Assembly: GCF_001194135.2 (NCBI RefSeq)
Contig: NC_068999.1
Location: 23,661,024-23,725,023 of the forward strand
Length of the DNA: 64,000 bases
Source of the DNA: Octopus bimaculoides
Lineage: Eukaryota
Reading direction: 5' to 3'
Of this stretch, positions 36,567 to 48,470 are shown piece by piece (the first letter of the stretch is position 1; the number at the start of each line of letters is the position of its first letter). The notes beneath the pieces were generated by a model. It searched no databases. It was not told the origin of the DNA and saw only the letters and a program-made list of their open reading frames with translations. The translations under genes and the position numbers were made by a program.

Positions 36567-37910
36567 TTAAACTTCACTGAGTTCCTTACCTCAGAACTCT
36601 CTCTTAAGTTGTGAACTATGATATATATTTATGAAGTATTTGACACAGTTTCAACCTGGTTTCAATGACTGATATCAGGATTGGAGTGGATATGTGCATG
36701 ATAATCAGATTTGCAACACTAGTACATGATAAAAGGGTTTGGAACAGTGATGTAAAGCAAAATTAAAATCTCACTGCACAAAGAAAAAACAAAAAAAGAA
36801 ATTAACTTTATGTAGCTCAGATTATGACATGACTTAACAGCTGTCAGTGGGAAAAGATTGGCAAATACTGATCTACTATATTTATTATTATCTCTGTCTA
36901 ATCAGATTTATTTTGGTAGGGTTATTTCTATCCTTCAGTATGGTTATAATGTTTAAGCTACCGGACTGCTAATCCAATAGTAAAAAGTTGAAACTTTGCC
37001 ATGATCACACACTTACGTATATTTGTTTGCTTGTGTTCATGTTCATTTTCCTATGCTAGCAATGAGTAGGGAGTGGAAGTAGGCGTATTTGAGGCAGGAT
37101 GCTTTCCCAGTCGTCAACACTTGCCTGCTTTTCAAGTAAGGGATATCTTAATCCAAAGATCTCTGAAAGCACAAAATGACCAGTCAACAAGGAGTGTTTG
37201 CTTTGCTTAAACTGAAGCTGTAGAATATCAACATTTACATGCATTTCCATGCATGTGCACACACACACACACACACACACAATAGGTTTCCAACAGTTTC
37301 CTTCTATAAAATTTACTCACTAGGCATTGGTCAGTCCCGAGGCCATTGAAGAAGACACTTGTATCACATACCTCACAGTGTGACTGAACTTGAGACCATG
37401 TTGTTATAAAGTCTCATTCAGCCATTCTTGTGCCTGTGTGTGTGTGTGATGGACTCTCCCGTCAATTTTGACATGTACACACAGTTGTTCAATCAGCTGA
37501 ATAACCTACTAATTAAATTATTGCGTAACATGGTTGAGTTTTTTCACCCTTAATGTAATATGTGACACTATTTTAACAAGACTAGGCCTTTCATTTACAG
37601 ATACAGGATTCTAAAATGTATTTGTTTACCAGTTGCATACATGAGACTTGGCTTGAACCAAGATAGACATTTGCCCAAGATACCACTCAGTGAAATCTAA
37701 CTCATGACTCCTAGTTTGCAAAGAGATCTCTTTAACTACTCGAAAATGCTTGTACCTATCTATCTATCTATATATATGTATACACACACACACACTATTT
37801 TGTTTTTGTCTAGGTACTTTCTACTTACCGTGTGCTTATTCTAGATAGTTTACTATGTTAAATTCTCACTTCACAATTGAGATGTTACTGTTCAGAAATG
37901 GTATCCATAT

Positions 37911-38045
37911 AGCTGTGCGTGTGGATATTGGTAAAAACTTTGTTTCCCAACCACATGGTTTCAGGTTCAGTCCTACTGCATGTCACTTTGGGCAAATATC
38001 TTTTTACTATAACCCTCAGGTTGACCAAAGCTTGAAAGAAGCCTA
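37911..38045 (+). mobile_element. SINE family A head
   Basis: tttcccaaccacatggtttcaggttcagtcctactgcatgtcactttgggcaaat. Confidence 0.75.
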
Positions 38046-38675
38046 TTATGTGTGTGTGTGTGTCATCGTAATCATTTAACATCTGTTTTCCATGCTGGCA
38101 TGGGTTAGACAGTTTGATTGGAGCTGGAAAGCTGCACCAGGTTCCAGTCTGTTTTGGCTTGGTTTTTATGGTTCCTAATGCCAACCATTCCATAGTGTTC
38201 TGGGCATCTTTTATGTGTCACCAGCACAGGTGCCTTTTATATGTGCTTTTTACCATGATTTCACTTTGCTTGACATGTCTTCTCAAGCACGGCAAATGAC
38301 CAGAAGTCTCGGTTGCTTGGCATTGCCTCTGTGTGACTCAACAATTGAATGTGTATGTATGTGTGTGTTTGTCACTTTCCCCTTTCCTTGGCATAATGTT
38401 GTTGTAAATGGGTGTCACTATCATGCAAGCAGTATCATTCAGTTCCACTTTTCATGAAAACATGCCTGATCTTGGGAAAATATTATCTTAGTTGAAAACA
38501 GTTGAGAGCTAGTGACAGGAAGGGCATCAGGCTTTAGAAAACTTGACCCAACAAATTCTATCTTCTAATCTGTCACCATTTCATCCCTTCTTTTACAGTT
38601 ATATTCAAATATTACAAAATGCTTTCAGAGTTTAATTGATTTTATATTTAATTTTATCCTTTTGACTTCTTTCAG

Positions 38676-38749
38676 TAATTATGCTCCTCGGGCAGTTACC
38701 CTTCGAAAAACTCCCAATGGTTATGGCTTTGTACTACGAGGAGCTAAAT
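38676..38749 (+). CDS. SHANK: Shank PDZ exon 1
   Basis: ttctttcag acceptor, gtaagt donor; encodes NYAPRAVTLRKTPNGYGFVLRGAK, matching the Shank PDZ signature GFGFVLRGAK. Confidence 0.95.
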
Positions 38750-39299
38750 GTAAGTATATCTTATCAAACATTTTTATTTTGTTTCATGATTAAACTGTGG
38801 CCATACTGATTTGTTGTGCTTAAGACATGTCAAGCAAAGTGAAATCATGGTAAAAGGCACATGTAAAAGGTACCTGTGCTGGTGACACATAAAAGACACC
38901 CAGAACTCTCTATGGAATGGTTGGCATTAGGAAGGGCATTCAACCGTAGAAGCCAAGCCAAAACAGAATGGAGCCTGGTGCAGTTTTCCAGCTCCAGTCA
39001 AACTGTCTAACCCATGCCAGCATGGAAAACAGATGTTAAATGATGATTATGATCATGCACAATGGGCTTCTTTCAGGCTTTAGTCAAGCTGGGGCCACAG
39101 TTTAATCATGAGATTTAGCTACAGGAATAGCTCTCAAGTGTAGAAAATTTAACACGATAAACTCCATCCAACATATGCTAGCATGGAAAAGTCAACATTA
39201 AAACAATGATAATGTTTGTGGCATAACATCCAATACAGAACATGTCACAACTGCTGAAAAATTTGTGCGTATGTTTGTGTATGTAAATGGTCTACAACA

Positions 39300-39620
39300 T
39301 ATTTGTGTGCACACTGACACTACCCATCCAGAGCATGCTGACTTCATTTCTTTTAAGCCTTCGCAAGTTTTCAGTGGTCACAGCCCTTGGCTCCCTGCAG
39401 TGTGGCATAGCTGTTCATAAACAGGCATCATACTAACTGTCTTTCTGAGGGAGAGGCCCTTTGTTACTAACAGAGGCAGTAGCTCTCTGAATTTTGTCCA
39501 GCCCACTCTTATTCTCGCAGCTATGCTTTCAGGACAGCTTCCACCAATGCTAATTTGGTCACCTTAGTAATGGTAACTGTCTACTATTTCTAATGATCCC
39601 ACCTGACATTTGAGGGAGCC
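39300..39620 (-). mobile_element. RTE LINE fragment in the intron between PDZ exons 1 and 2
   Basis: Minus strand LEIVDSYHY*GDQISIGGSCPESIAARIRVGWTKFRELLPLLVTKGLSL. Confidence 0.8.
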
Positions 39621-39737
39621 TATTTTCCATACCTTCCTGATATTAAATATACCTACACTTAATAAATTTTTTTAGTGTTATATTATTTAAATTAACTTGC
39701 AGTAATTTCTCTGGAACCCTTCTTTTCCTTTTTGTAG

Positions 39738-39859
39738 CTGATCTTCAATTTCTTAACCATGTTTCAAATAATTCACCTGCCGTGCAGTATCTGGATACTG
39801 TGGATGTTGGTAGTGCTGCTGAGAAGGCAGGTCTTAGAGCTGGGGATTTCATATTGGAA
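39738..39859 (+). CDS. SHANK: Shank PDZ exon 2
   Basis: tttttgtag acceptor, gtaagt donor; SDLQFLNHVSNNSPAVQYLDTVDVGSAAEKAGLRAGDFILE (Shank: PALQYLESVD..AGLRTGDFLIE). Phases 1/0 fit the neighbours. Confidence 0.95.
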
Positions 39860-40821
39860 GTAAGTAATAAAACTTGAGTTTTCATGTGTTATGTTCTGTT
39901 TTATATTATACAGTAGAAACTTGTTATAGCTAACCATTTAGTGGGAAATTACTATGCATGATGAGGTTTAACAAAGAATAAGTGCAGCCAGTTATCAGAA
40001 CTACAATTCAGATCTATTTGTAATGCATGTCGAAATAGTGATGACCTTTAGTCTGAGATTAAACATTATCAGACAAACTAATGGTTACTCATGCAACTGA
40101 GACATTATATAATCATATGTTCTATCCAGAAAGTCCATGTGACACTAGCAGCAAGTTTGAAGTTTGAACAATTTATCCACTCAGCTACCTTAGCGTTACA
40201 ATATTCAGTATTATTTCATATTACAATATTCATTGTAATATGCAGTAATATAGGTAAAGGGATAAGAATTTGTTTTCAAATTGGTATAACAAGACCTCAA
40301 GGCATACAAATTTCACCATTAGTTAATGCATTTGTTATTCAAAAGTATTTGTTGTCAATGCAGTAGCATTTTCCACTGTTCAAATTATTTTCTGAAAATT
40401 AGATTATCTACACTATATAATTCTATAATTCTTAGCCTCACCGTCACCCGTGGTAATGCCACAAGTGTGTTGGCTTGCTTCAGTAGGTTCCTTTGAACCT
40501 TGTAGTGTGCAGCCAATTGAGGCACTTGGTGTTGAATTAATGTTCTTTTTTCTTTCTTTTCCTTTCTTTCTTCCTCCTTTTCCTTTTTTTTTTTTTTTTT
40601 TTTACCTTTCTTCACTCATGCTTGAGTTTTCTTCACTTCTGGATTTGTTTTTTAATGTGGTTTTGTATTATGTATGTGTCATATACATACATGTTATATA
40701 TGTAATAAAATAAAAGAAACAAATCAGATAGGGTATGTGGACAACATTCTATGATAACAGAAAATCTGATAGTCTAGAATATTAAAAATTATTTCACTTT
40801 CTTTTTCTTTCCTTTCAAAAG

Positions 40822-40993
40822 ATCAATGATGAAAATGTAACTAGAGCTTCCCATGAACACGTTGTGAAGTTAATCAAGAATTCAGGCAACATGCTGAGAA
40901 TGACAGTTTTAACTGTAAAACCAACAGATCAGGACAAAAATGCATTCGTCCATGAAGATGGTTCATTCACTCTACCAAGTCGCCGAAGACAAG
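40822..40993 (+). CDS. SHANK: Shank PDZ exon 3
   Basis: cctttcaaaag acceptor, gtagga donor; INDENVTRASHEHVVKLIKNSGNMLRMTVLTVKP...FTLPSRRRQ completes the PDZ fold. Phases 0/1. Confidence 0.93.
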
Positions 40994-41140
40994 GTAGGAA
41001 TGCTTTACCTTGCAATATTTTCATGAATATTAGTTTGTATTGGTTCAAAATGTAGCCCAGAAAGTAATTGCTTGTGTTATTTTCTTCAATTATTTTAAGC
41101 AGCTTAATAGACATACCTTTAACAGAGTCCACTCTTTTGC

Positions 41141-41291
41141 AGGCTTCTTTCAGTTTCTGTCTACCAAATGCACTCACAAGGCTTTGGTTAGCTTGAAACA
41201 ATAGAAGACACTTGCCCAAGGTGCCATGCAGTGGGAGTGAACCCAGAACTATGTGGTTTGGATGCAAATGTCTTACCACACAGCCATGCCT
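41141..41291 (-). mobile_element. SINE family A head
   Basis: aggcttctttcagtttctgtctaccaaat..gacacttgcccaaggtgccatgcagtggg..aacccagaac. Confidence 0.8.
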
Positions 41292-41426
41292 ACACCTATA
41301 GTATAATTGGCATAAAATATCTAGAATCTATTTTAGTATATAACATTTTTATGAAAAACTTTTAGCATGCAGTCAATTGAGGATGTATTTCATTAGATTA
41401 TAACATTAAATCTGGACCTTTTGTTT

Positions 41427-41790
41427 CAAGGGTTCTCAACTATTTTATATCTATGGACCCCTTTGATTACTATTTNNNNNNNNNNNNNNNNNNNNNNNNN
41501 NNNNNNNNNNNNNNNNNNNNNNNNNNNNNNNNNNNNNNNNNNNNNNNNNNNNNNNNNNNNNNNNNNNNNNNNNNNNNNNNNTAGTTTTATAGAAACTTCT
41601 TTCAAAAGGCTGAACTATGTAAAATGTTAAAGAAACTTAGTTTCTTGCAATACATACATCAGAAGTAAAATTTTTACAGGAGCTCTTAAAATACTATTGT
41701 GGATCCCCAATTTACTATTTTGTTGCATGGACCCCCAAAAATCTTATATGGACACACAGGTGCCATATGGACCCTGGTTGAGATCCACTG
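41427..41790 (+). mobile_element. hAT-like MITE (contains an assembly gap)
   Basis: caagggttctcaac ... gttgagatccactg; internal sequence shared with 6048-7015. Confidence 0.6.
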
Positions 41791-41967
41791 TATTTATATA
41801 GTAAATGTTTGAGTTGAATACATCTGTTGATTTTGAAAAAAAAAAAAAGATCCTGAATAATTTTACTCTAATGGGGTCATGAGAAAACATATATTAGTGA
41901 ACATGTTAATATTATAATATGATTATTAATCATTCATTTTACTAATTATGGTGATTCATTTGTTTAG

Positions 41968-42057
41968 CACCTGAGCCACCAAGAAGAGATCCTTCTACAT
42001 CTTTATCTTTTAGTAAAGCAAAATCGAAATCTTTTGCAGAAGGAATGGCTGAAATTG
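41968..42057 (+). CDS. SHANK: Shank post-PDZ exon (90 nt, symmetric phase 1/1)
   Basis: ttgtttag acceptor, gtatgt donor; APEPPRRDPSTSLSFSKAKSKSFAEGMAEI resembles vertebrate APPPPKRAPSTTLTLRSKSMTAELEEL. Confidence 0.9.
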
Positions 42058-42420
42058 GTATGTATAATCTCTCTCTCTCTCTCTTTCTCTCAGAATCATT
42101 CTTACATTATTAATTTAATTCTTTAACAAATTGTTACAAAGATTAACAAAAATTTATGAGAAAATAAAAGAGTTACAATGACGAAATGGATGCAGTACCA
42201 AGCTCTTAGCTCATTTGTGTTATGTTAGTAATGTGTATAATGTTCTAAACTGGTCACTGAACATATTCAAAACCAGAAACATGGAAGCAGAATAGATTAT
42301 GGAGTGGTGAGAGGAGGCGGAATGTTGAATTAACTCATAATTGGTATAGTTTGGTGATCTGTTGTTTGAGGACAAATTCTCTTGCATTAAATTAAATGAT
42401 AGAATTAAGATTTTGTATAG

Positions 42421-42770
42421 GCACAGGTGTAGCTGTGCAATAAGAAGCTTGCTTCTCAACCACGTGGCACCTTGGGTAAGTGTCTTCTACTATAGCCTCA
42501 GTAGATTTGGTAGACAGAAACTGAAAGAAGCCCATTGCATATATAGCTATATATATATATGTACTTGTGTCTGTTTGTCCCTCACCACTGCATGACAACT
42601 GATGTTGGTGTATTTACAGCCCCATAACTTAGTGGTTCAGTTTAGAGACTGATAGAATAAGCATCAGGCTTTAAAAAAAAAAAAAGCACTGGGGGTTGAT
42701 TCATTCGACTAAAAATTTTCTTCAAGATGATGCCTCACCTTGGCTGCAGTATAATGACTGAAACAAGTCT
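42421..42770 (+). mobile_element. SINE family A, near full length
   Basis: gcacaggtgtagctgtgcaataagaagcttgcttctcaaccacgtggcaccttgggtaagtgtcttc...aatgactgaaacaag. Confidence 0.8.
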
Positions 42771-43556
42771 TAGAATTTGTCTCAGAACAATGGTACCCTT
42801 ATGTTATATTTCTATGGAGGCATACAAGTAGAAAATAAGAATGGCTGTCTGGTTCAGCAGTTTGCTTTGCAACCACGATTCCACAGATTTGATCCCACTG
42901 TGAGGCATGTTGGATTCTTTGACTGTAGTCCCAGGTGGACCAATACCTGGTCTTGAGATGGAAACTTTGCAGAAGCCCAGTGTGTATGTGTGCACACGTG
43001 CGTGTGCATGTGGGGTCGGTGGACTACCACAGAGTGTAATAGCATAATGCTTTTTATGTTGTTTGGTAAGAAACTAAATATCATTTCAAATTTTGGTTCA
43101 ATGCTAGTAATTTTGTGAGGAAGGGGTAAGTTGATTACATAAGTACCAGTTGATTACTCAACTGGAACTTATTTCATTGACTTGTGCCTGATAGATTTTG
43201 AACTCAGAGCACAGTGAGTCAGAAGAAATTCTGCTAAGCATTTTGTCTAACATTCTAACAATTCTTCCAACTGATCATAGTTTTAGTATATGGTTCCAGT
43301 AATTTACAGTGTATCATTGGCCCTAGTGATTTCAGCTTCTGTTTAGTAACCTGCTTCTCTACTTGCAAGCATTATTCTTTATATGGAAAAGAAGTTTTTC
43401 CCCATATTTTACTTGTCTACTAATTGCTCATTAACCTGCCTATACTCTATTATCTATGCTACTTCTCTTGTTTCTTTCACTAACAGCAGCAACAAAAAAC
43501 AAACAAACAAACACAATGCAGCTAGTTTGATAATAGTCCAAGTAGAAAGTCATGTA

Positions 43557-43773
43557 CAAGGGGGTGCTGAAAAGTTCCTGGCTTTAAGAGTATCATAACA
43601 GGCCTAGTTGGAGGCCCAACCTTCTGAGTTCTTTTACAGGGCTTAGTAAAACTGAAGGACTGCTGCAATAAGGGTGTGAATCTGAGAGGGGAATATATTC
43701 AATAAAATCATAATTAATTGATGCTTCTGTATTTTCTTTTATCCAAAGCCAGGAACTTTTCAACATGCCCTTG
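43557..43773 (+). mobile_element. Mariner-derived MITE, 217 bp, TA target duplication
   Basis: ta|caagggggtgctgaaaagttcctggcttt ... aaagccaggaacttttcaacatgcccttg|ta; retains the transposase C-terminal relic FLQGLVKLKDCCNKGVNLRGEYIQ*. Confidence 0.9.
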
Positions 43774-44081
43774 TATGAGTGTTCTGACAATGTGCCATAT
43801 CACCTTATGCACAGTTGGTGATACTGCGATTTTGTTGTCAAACATAGGTTAGTTTCATAGAAATTTCTAGTTTTGAATTGTCAATGACTTACATTAAGTA
43901 GGTCAAGTGGCTTTTTTCTTTTCAAGCCACCTGTATTAGAAAGGTTGTGTTGGTAAACTTAAAACAACCTCTTAACATGTGATGAACGTTATAAGAATTA
44001 TTTGATTTAAATATTTTATTTCTTAATGTAATTTTTATGTAGATTTTTAAAAAAAAACAAAAATTGACTTTGATCTTTCAG

Positions 44082-47000
44082 AAAAACTGGATCAAACTCT
44101 TGCAGAATATGAAGTGTGTGAAAGCCCATCAAAGGAAAATAGTTACGGTTATCAGAATGCAATGAAATCTGAAATAAAAACTGCTTCTATTAGGGCTGCT
44201 TATGCTAAAAAACGGCTGTCTAATATTGAAATTGATAACATTTGCTCTATGGAGGCCCCACACAAACCTGATCGTTTAAGCCCCTCAGAAGTGCGCATTA
44301 AAAAATATCACAAAAAGACAAGCAGTCTAGAAAAATCTCGGAGTACACCAAATCTTGCTCCTGACATAGATAATGTACAAATTTCTTCAGGAAACAGTTC
44401 TTACAGCAGCAATTCCTCTGGACCTTTGAGAAGTCAACAAGCCAAAATGAATGCCAGTCAGATAAATCAGTTGTATCCTGCACCATATCTGGGAAGTCTT
44501 TCTCATCCTCCACCAGGAATGGATTTATCTGGTTGTAGACATTCAGTTGCTATTGGATCTTCTGTGCATATCAATTCTTTACCAAGCAGAGGTAAAGCTT
44601 ACCCAGTTCCTCCACCTGTGGTGTCAAACCATTATAATGTTTCTCCTAAAGAGCATGTTCCTCCTCCTCCACAAGTTATAACAATAAATAAACAGAATGA
44701 TCAGTCAGTTAATTCTGCAGAAGAATCGACCCAACAGAATTCTTATGAATCAAGTTTCAGACCTGGAACTGTGGCAGTATTTGGTAATAATAAAAAATTA
44801 GTTACAAACCAATCTTCAGTCAATCAGGCAAAATCTCATAAACCACAAGATAGTTTGAATAGAAATAAAGCTGCAAGCAACTTCAATTCTAATCTGAATA
44901 GTGTAACTAAAACAGTAATTGCAGATGTTCATCACATTGACCAGTCACAAGGTACTCAACACTATTCAAATGGTACACAAGATAAATTCTATGAGCCTCT
45001 TCCTGACTATGGATCTGAAGGAGAGGACAACTTACCACGCGATGGCAATGGTAATATTATTTCAGTTGGTTCAAATCTCACTAAAAATAGAATGTCATTG
45101 GCAGTACCTCCCTCTTCATCTTCTTCTTCATCTGAGAGTTTCAAGACAGCATCAACTACTCCTTCTTTTCAAAATACTATAGACCCACAAATAATTCCTC
45201 CTCCACCTCAATTCTGTCCACCTCCTCCACCTGAATTTTCTCATGCTCCTCCTCCTCCCCCTCCTCCTCCTCCTCCTCCATCTAATCAATTGTGTCCCCT
45301 TCCTCCTCCCCCTCCTCAATTCAGTTCTGCTCCTCTTCCTGAATCCCAGGACAGTCAAACAGCAGACCAAGGAAATGAATTACTAAATGAAATTAAACGT
45401 GCTGCACAGGAAAGACAGAATCGATGTAAAGATGAAATTCCAGAGAAGACCACACCCAAACCCACTAGTGTCAACTTAACTTCACAAGATAAAAATCAAG
45501 CAGAAATTTTACAAGCTGTAGCAAAACGACGTTCAATGCTGGAAAATTCTGATGAAAATGTTGTTGTAAATCAAATTGAAGCCCAAATTCACAAAGCTAA
45601 GAAACTACAATATTCTAAGTATTATTTCACTGGCAATAGAATGCAAAAAGTAGTGAAAGAATTACCTGAGGAGAACACATTAGAGGTTGAGGAGAATAAA
45701 CAGAACACTGAAGAGAACAAACCGGTAGTTAAAGAGAACAAACCGGTAGTTAAAGAGAACAAACTGGTTGTTAAAGATGCTAAAGTAGATGTTAAACAGA
45801 AAGGATTAAATGAAGGAAAAATAAACTCAGCTTCTTCAGAAGACAAACCTATATCAAAAGTACTTTTGAAACCTAAGTTGTTGGAAAAATCTACTGACAA
45901 GCTGCCAACAGAAAGTAATAGTAATAAGACTACAGAGAAAACACAACAAAATCAAGGTATAAAATCTCTGAACGGTAAAGTAGAACCACATGTAAATGAT
46001 GATTCCAAGAAAGGTCAAGAAGATTTTCTAATTAAAGCTGAAAAAGCACGTCAGAGGTACCTAAGTCGGAAATCATTAGGTACAAATAATGAAACAGCTG
46101 ATAAAGCCAACAGAACAGCTACACAAACTGAAATATCTGATAAACCAAACAACATAAATGCACATACTGAAACATCAGAGAAACCAAACAGAATGGCTAC
46201 ACATAGTGATACAACAGATAAACCAAACAGTACAGCTACACATACTGAGACAATAGATAAACCAAACAAAATAGCTATAAATAATGAAAAATCTGACAAA
46301 CTAAACAGTACAGCTACAAATAATGTCAAATCTGATAAGTCATACAACATAGCTAGAGTTAATGGGAATAAAACATACAACACTAAAAAAGAACCTGAAC
46401 CTTGTGTAATCAGCCACAAAACTGTGGAGAAAGAAAATAAGATAAACACTGACCAAACCAGGCATGGAATACAGAACAAAAACAATGCATTGATTAAGAG
46501 ATCGGCCAGTAAGGTTCACATTGAAATAAAACCAGCTCTACATGTTTCACCAAAACCAATTAGTGGTGTGTCCATAAAAGAAAGAATTGCTAATTTACAA
46601 AACAACAATGGACTTGCTTCAAATAATTCAAAGGATGGAGTGAAGTTAATAACTGTAAAGGGAGTGACTACAGGTCATTCTAATACTGACCCATCTAATT
46701 CTTCAGACTGTTCAACTCCTAGTCAATCTCCATATCATTCCAGTTTTGTTACAATCGTTGCACCACCTCCTGGGTTTTGTGATTCTGACCCAGATGAAAG
46801 GGCTACTGATGAGCTTCCATCATACCCTACTTTACAAACTTTACCGGCTCCACTATCTGAGTTATCTATTTCGGTTGATCAGATTGGAGATATACATCCA
46901 CCAGATGATTCTCTGAGCCTTATCTCTTCTCTTTCAACATTGTCAACACTCTCTACCTCAAGCACAGAACATCCAGTTGACATTGTCCATCCACCACCAA

Positions 47001-47395
47001 CTAGCTTTCAAGATGGTTCTAGCCCTGTATCAACAGATCAAGGTTTTGAAGAATCATTTATAGCAGCACCACATGAATTTAATGAACCACTGAAAAAACA
47101 CAATATAACAAAACATTCTTATCAAGATAAATCAATTGAAGAGTGGTTGTACATGGATGTTCTTGAGTGGCTTGATAGCTTAAAACTGACACAATATAAA
47201 ACTAATTTTTCTCATCATTGTATTGATGGTAAAAAATTACTTAACCTTAACAGAAATGATTACTTAATGCTTGGTATTACACAAGTTAGTCATCGACTAA
47301 ATTTGGAGAAGGCCATCAAAAAAGCTTTACTGACATCAAAAAGCTGTCAGAAAAGCCCAGTGACCAGTAAAATTTCATCATCAAAGTCTCACTGA
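44082..47395 (+). CDS. SHANK: Shank terminal exon: proline-rich region plus C-terminal SAM domain (about 47120-47329)
   Basis: ctttcag acceptor ends 44081, in frame with the 1093-aa ORF. The C-terminus YQDKSIEEWLYMDVLEWLDSLKLTQYKTNFSHHCIDGKKLLNLNRNDYLMLGITQVSHRLNLEKAIKK matches the Shank SAM domain (W..DV.DWL....L..H...F..HEI.G..L......D...LGVT.VGHR.NIERAL). TGA at 47393-47395. Confidence 0.95.
45711..45773 (+). repeat. Coding tandem repeat, 21 nt x3 (ENKPVVK)
   Basis: aagagaacaaaccggtagtta twice exactly, plus aagagaacaaactggttgtta. Confidence 0.9.
46088..46360 (+). repeat. Coding tandem repeat, 39 nt (13 aa) x7
   Basis: NETADKANRTATQ/TEISDKPNNINAH/TETSEKPNRMATH/SDTTDKPNSTATH/TETIDKPNKIAIN/NEKSDKLNSTATN/NVKSDKSYNIARV. 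Confidence 0.85.
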
Positions 47396-48470
47396 TGTCT
47401 TTACCTTATTGAAATGTATGTTGCTGTATATTAAGTCTGTGAATAGTACTGGAATTGAGTTCTGACTGTGATAGAGAAATTCAGGTGACTTGCTTGGTTT
47501 CTTACTCGTTATATACTATTCTAGAACTACTGTTATTAACCTACCGTTGAACTCAAGCTAATGTTGGAAATACGAAGCCAAAGCTAATAGATAAAGTTAT
47601 ATCTATTGGGAAATTCTATAAAATGTTGAATTATCTCAACACGCACACACATATAACGTTAGACTGTAGCTTGAATCATTTATGAAAACACAATATATTC
47701 TAAAATAGTATTAAAATTTATATAAAACTTCTTTGTTTTTCTACTACAGCGGTTATTAATCCATAATAATCTTCAGGTTTGTTATAATTAACTGATTTAC
47801 TTTATAAGTAAATTCCTATATTTGAAGTAAAATTTCACAGTTATATTGCAAATCAACTTCTCAATGAACTGTTTTGTTTTTTCTAACTTCCCAATATTGG
47901 AACCATAACCCTCACAGTGTATATAATAATGCATTATACAACCAGCACACACACTGGATATTGTTTTTTGACAAATTATTGAATATTAAAAAATATTTTA
48001 TTTATTATTAAATATAATAAAACTATTAGTTCTATTATATTTATAATCAGTTACTTCACATTTTAAATATTTTATTTAATCTCTATAAATATTCAAGTGA
48101 TACTGTTAACGAAAATTGCAACCCTTCATTTTAGAAGTCTATTCCATATACCCTTTTAACAGCGCTTCCAAAATAAATATGATCTTGCCCTCTAAAAAAT
48201 ATGTTCGATCTGTAATTGCTTGTTTGTTCAATTTTGGAAGATTTTCCATATGATTTAGAGAAATATCTCTTCATAATCCTTCATTATGTCACTGTTGTTG
48301 ACATAGAAAGTTTTTAAGTTTCCAATGCTTTCTCTTGCCATAGTTATTTTACTTGAAATTTTTCTGGTGTTGAACGATTTTGTTTTATATCCTCTCAAAT
48401 TCTCTTGATTCCATTAGAAGATATTTAATTAAATAAAATGTAATCTTATTTCATAAATAAATAAATTAAA
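47396..48470 (+). other. Probable Shank 3' UTR with several candidate poly(A) signals
   Basis: AT-rich with no recognisable repeats after the stop; AATAAA at about 48016, 48172, 48432 and 48456. The true 3' end cannot be determined. Confidence 0.5.

Noticed and set aside
37060-37135. Candidate extra Shank exon with gtaagg donor
   Set aside because: All three frames from the upstream AG hit stops, and no in-frame ATG gives phase 2; at most non-coding.
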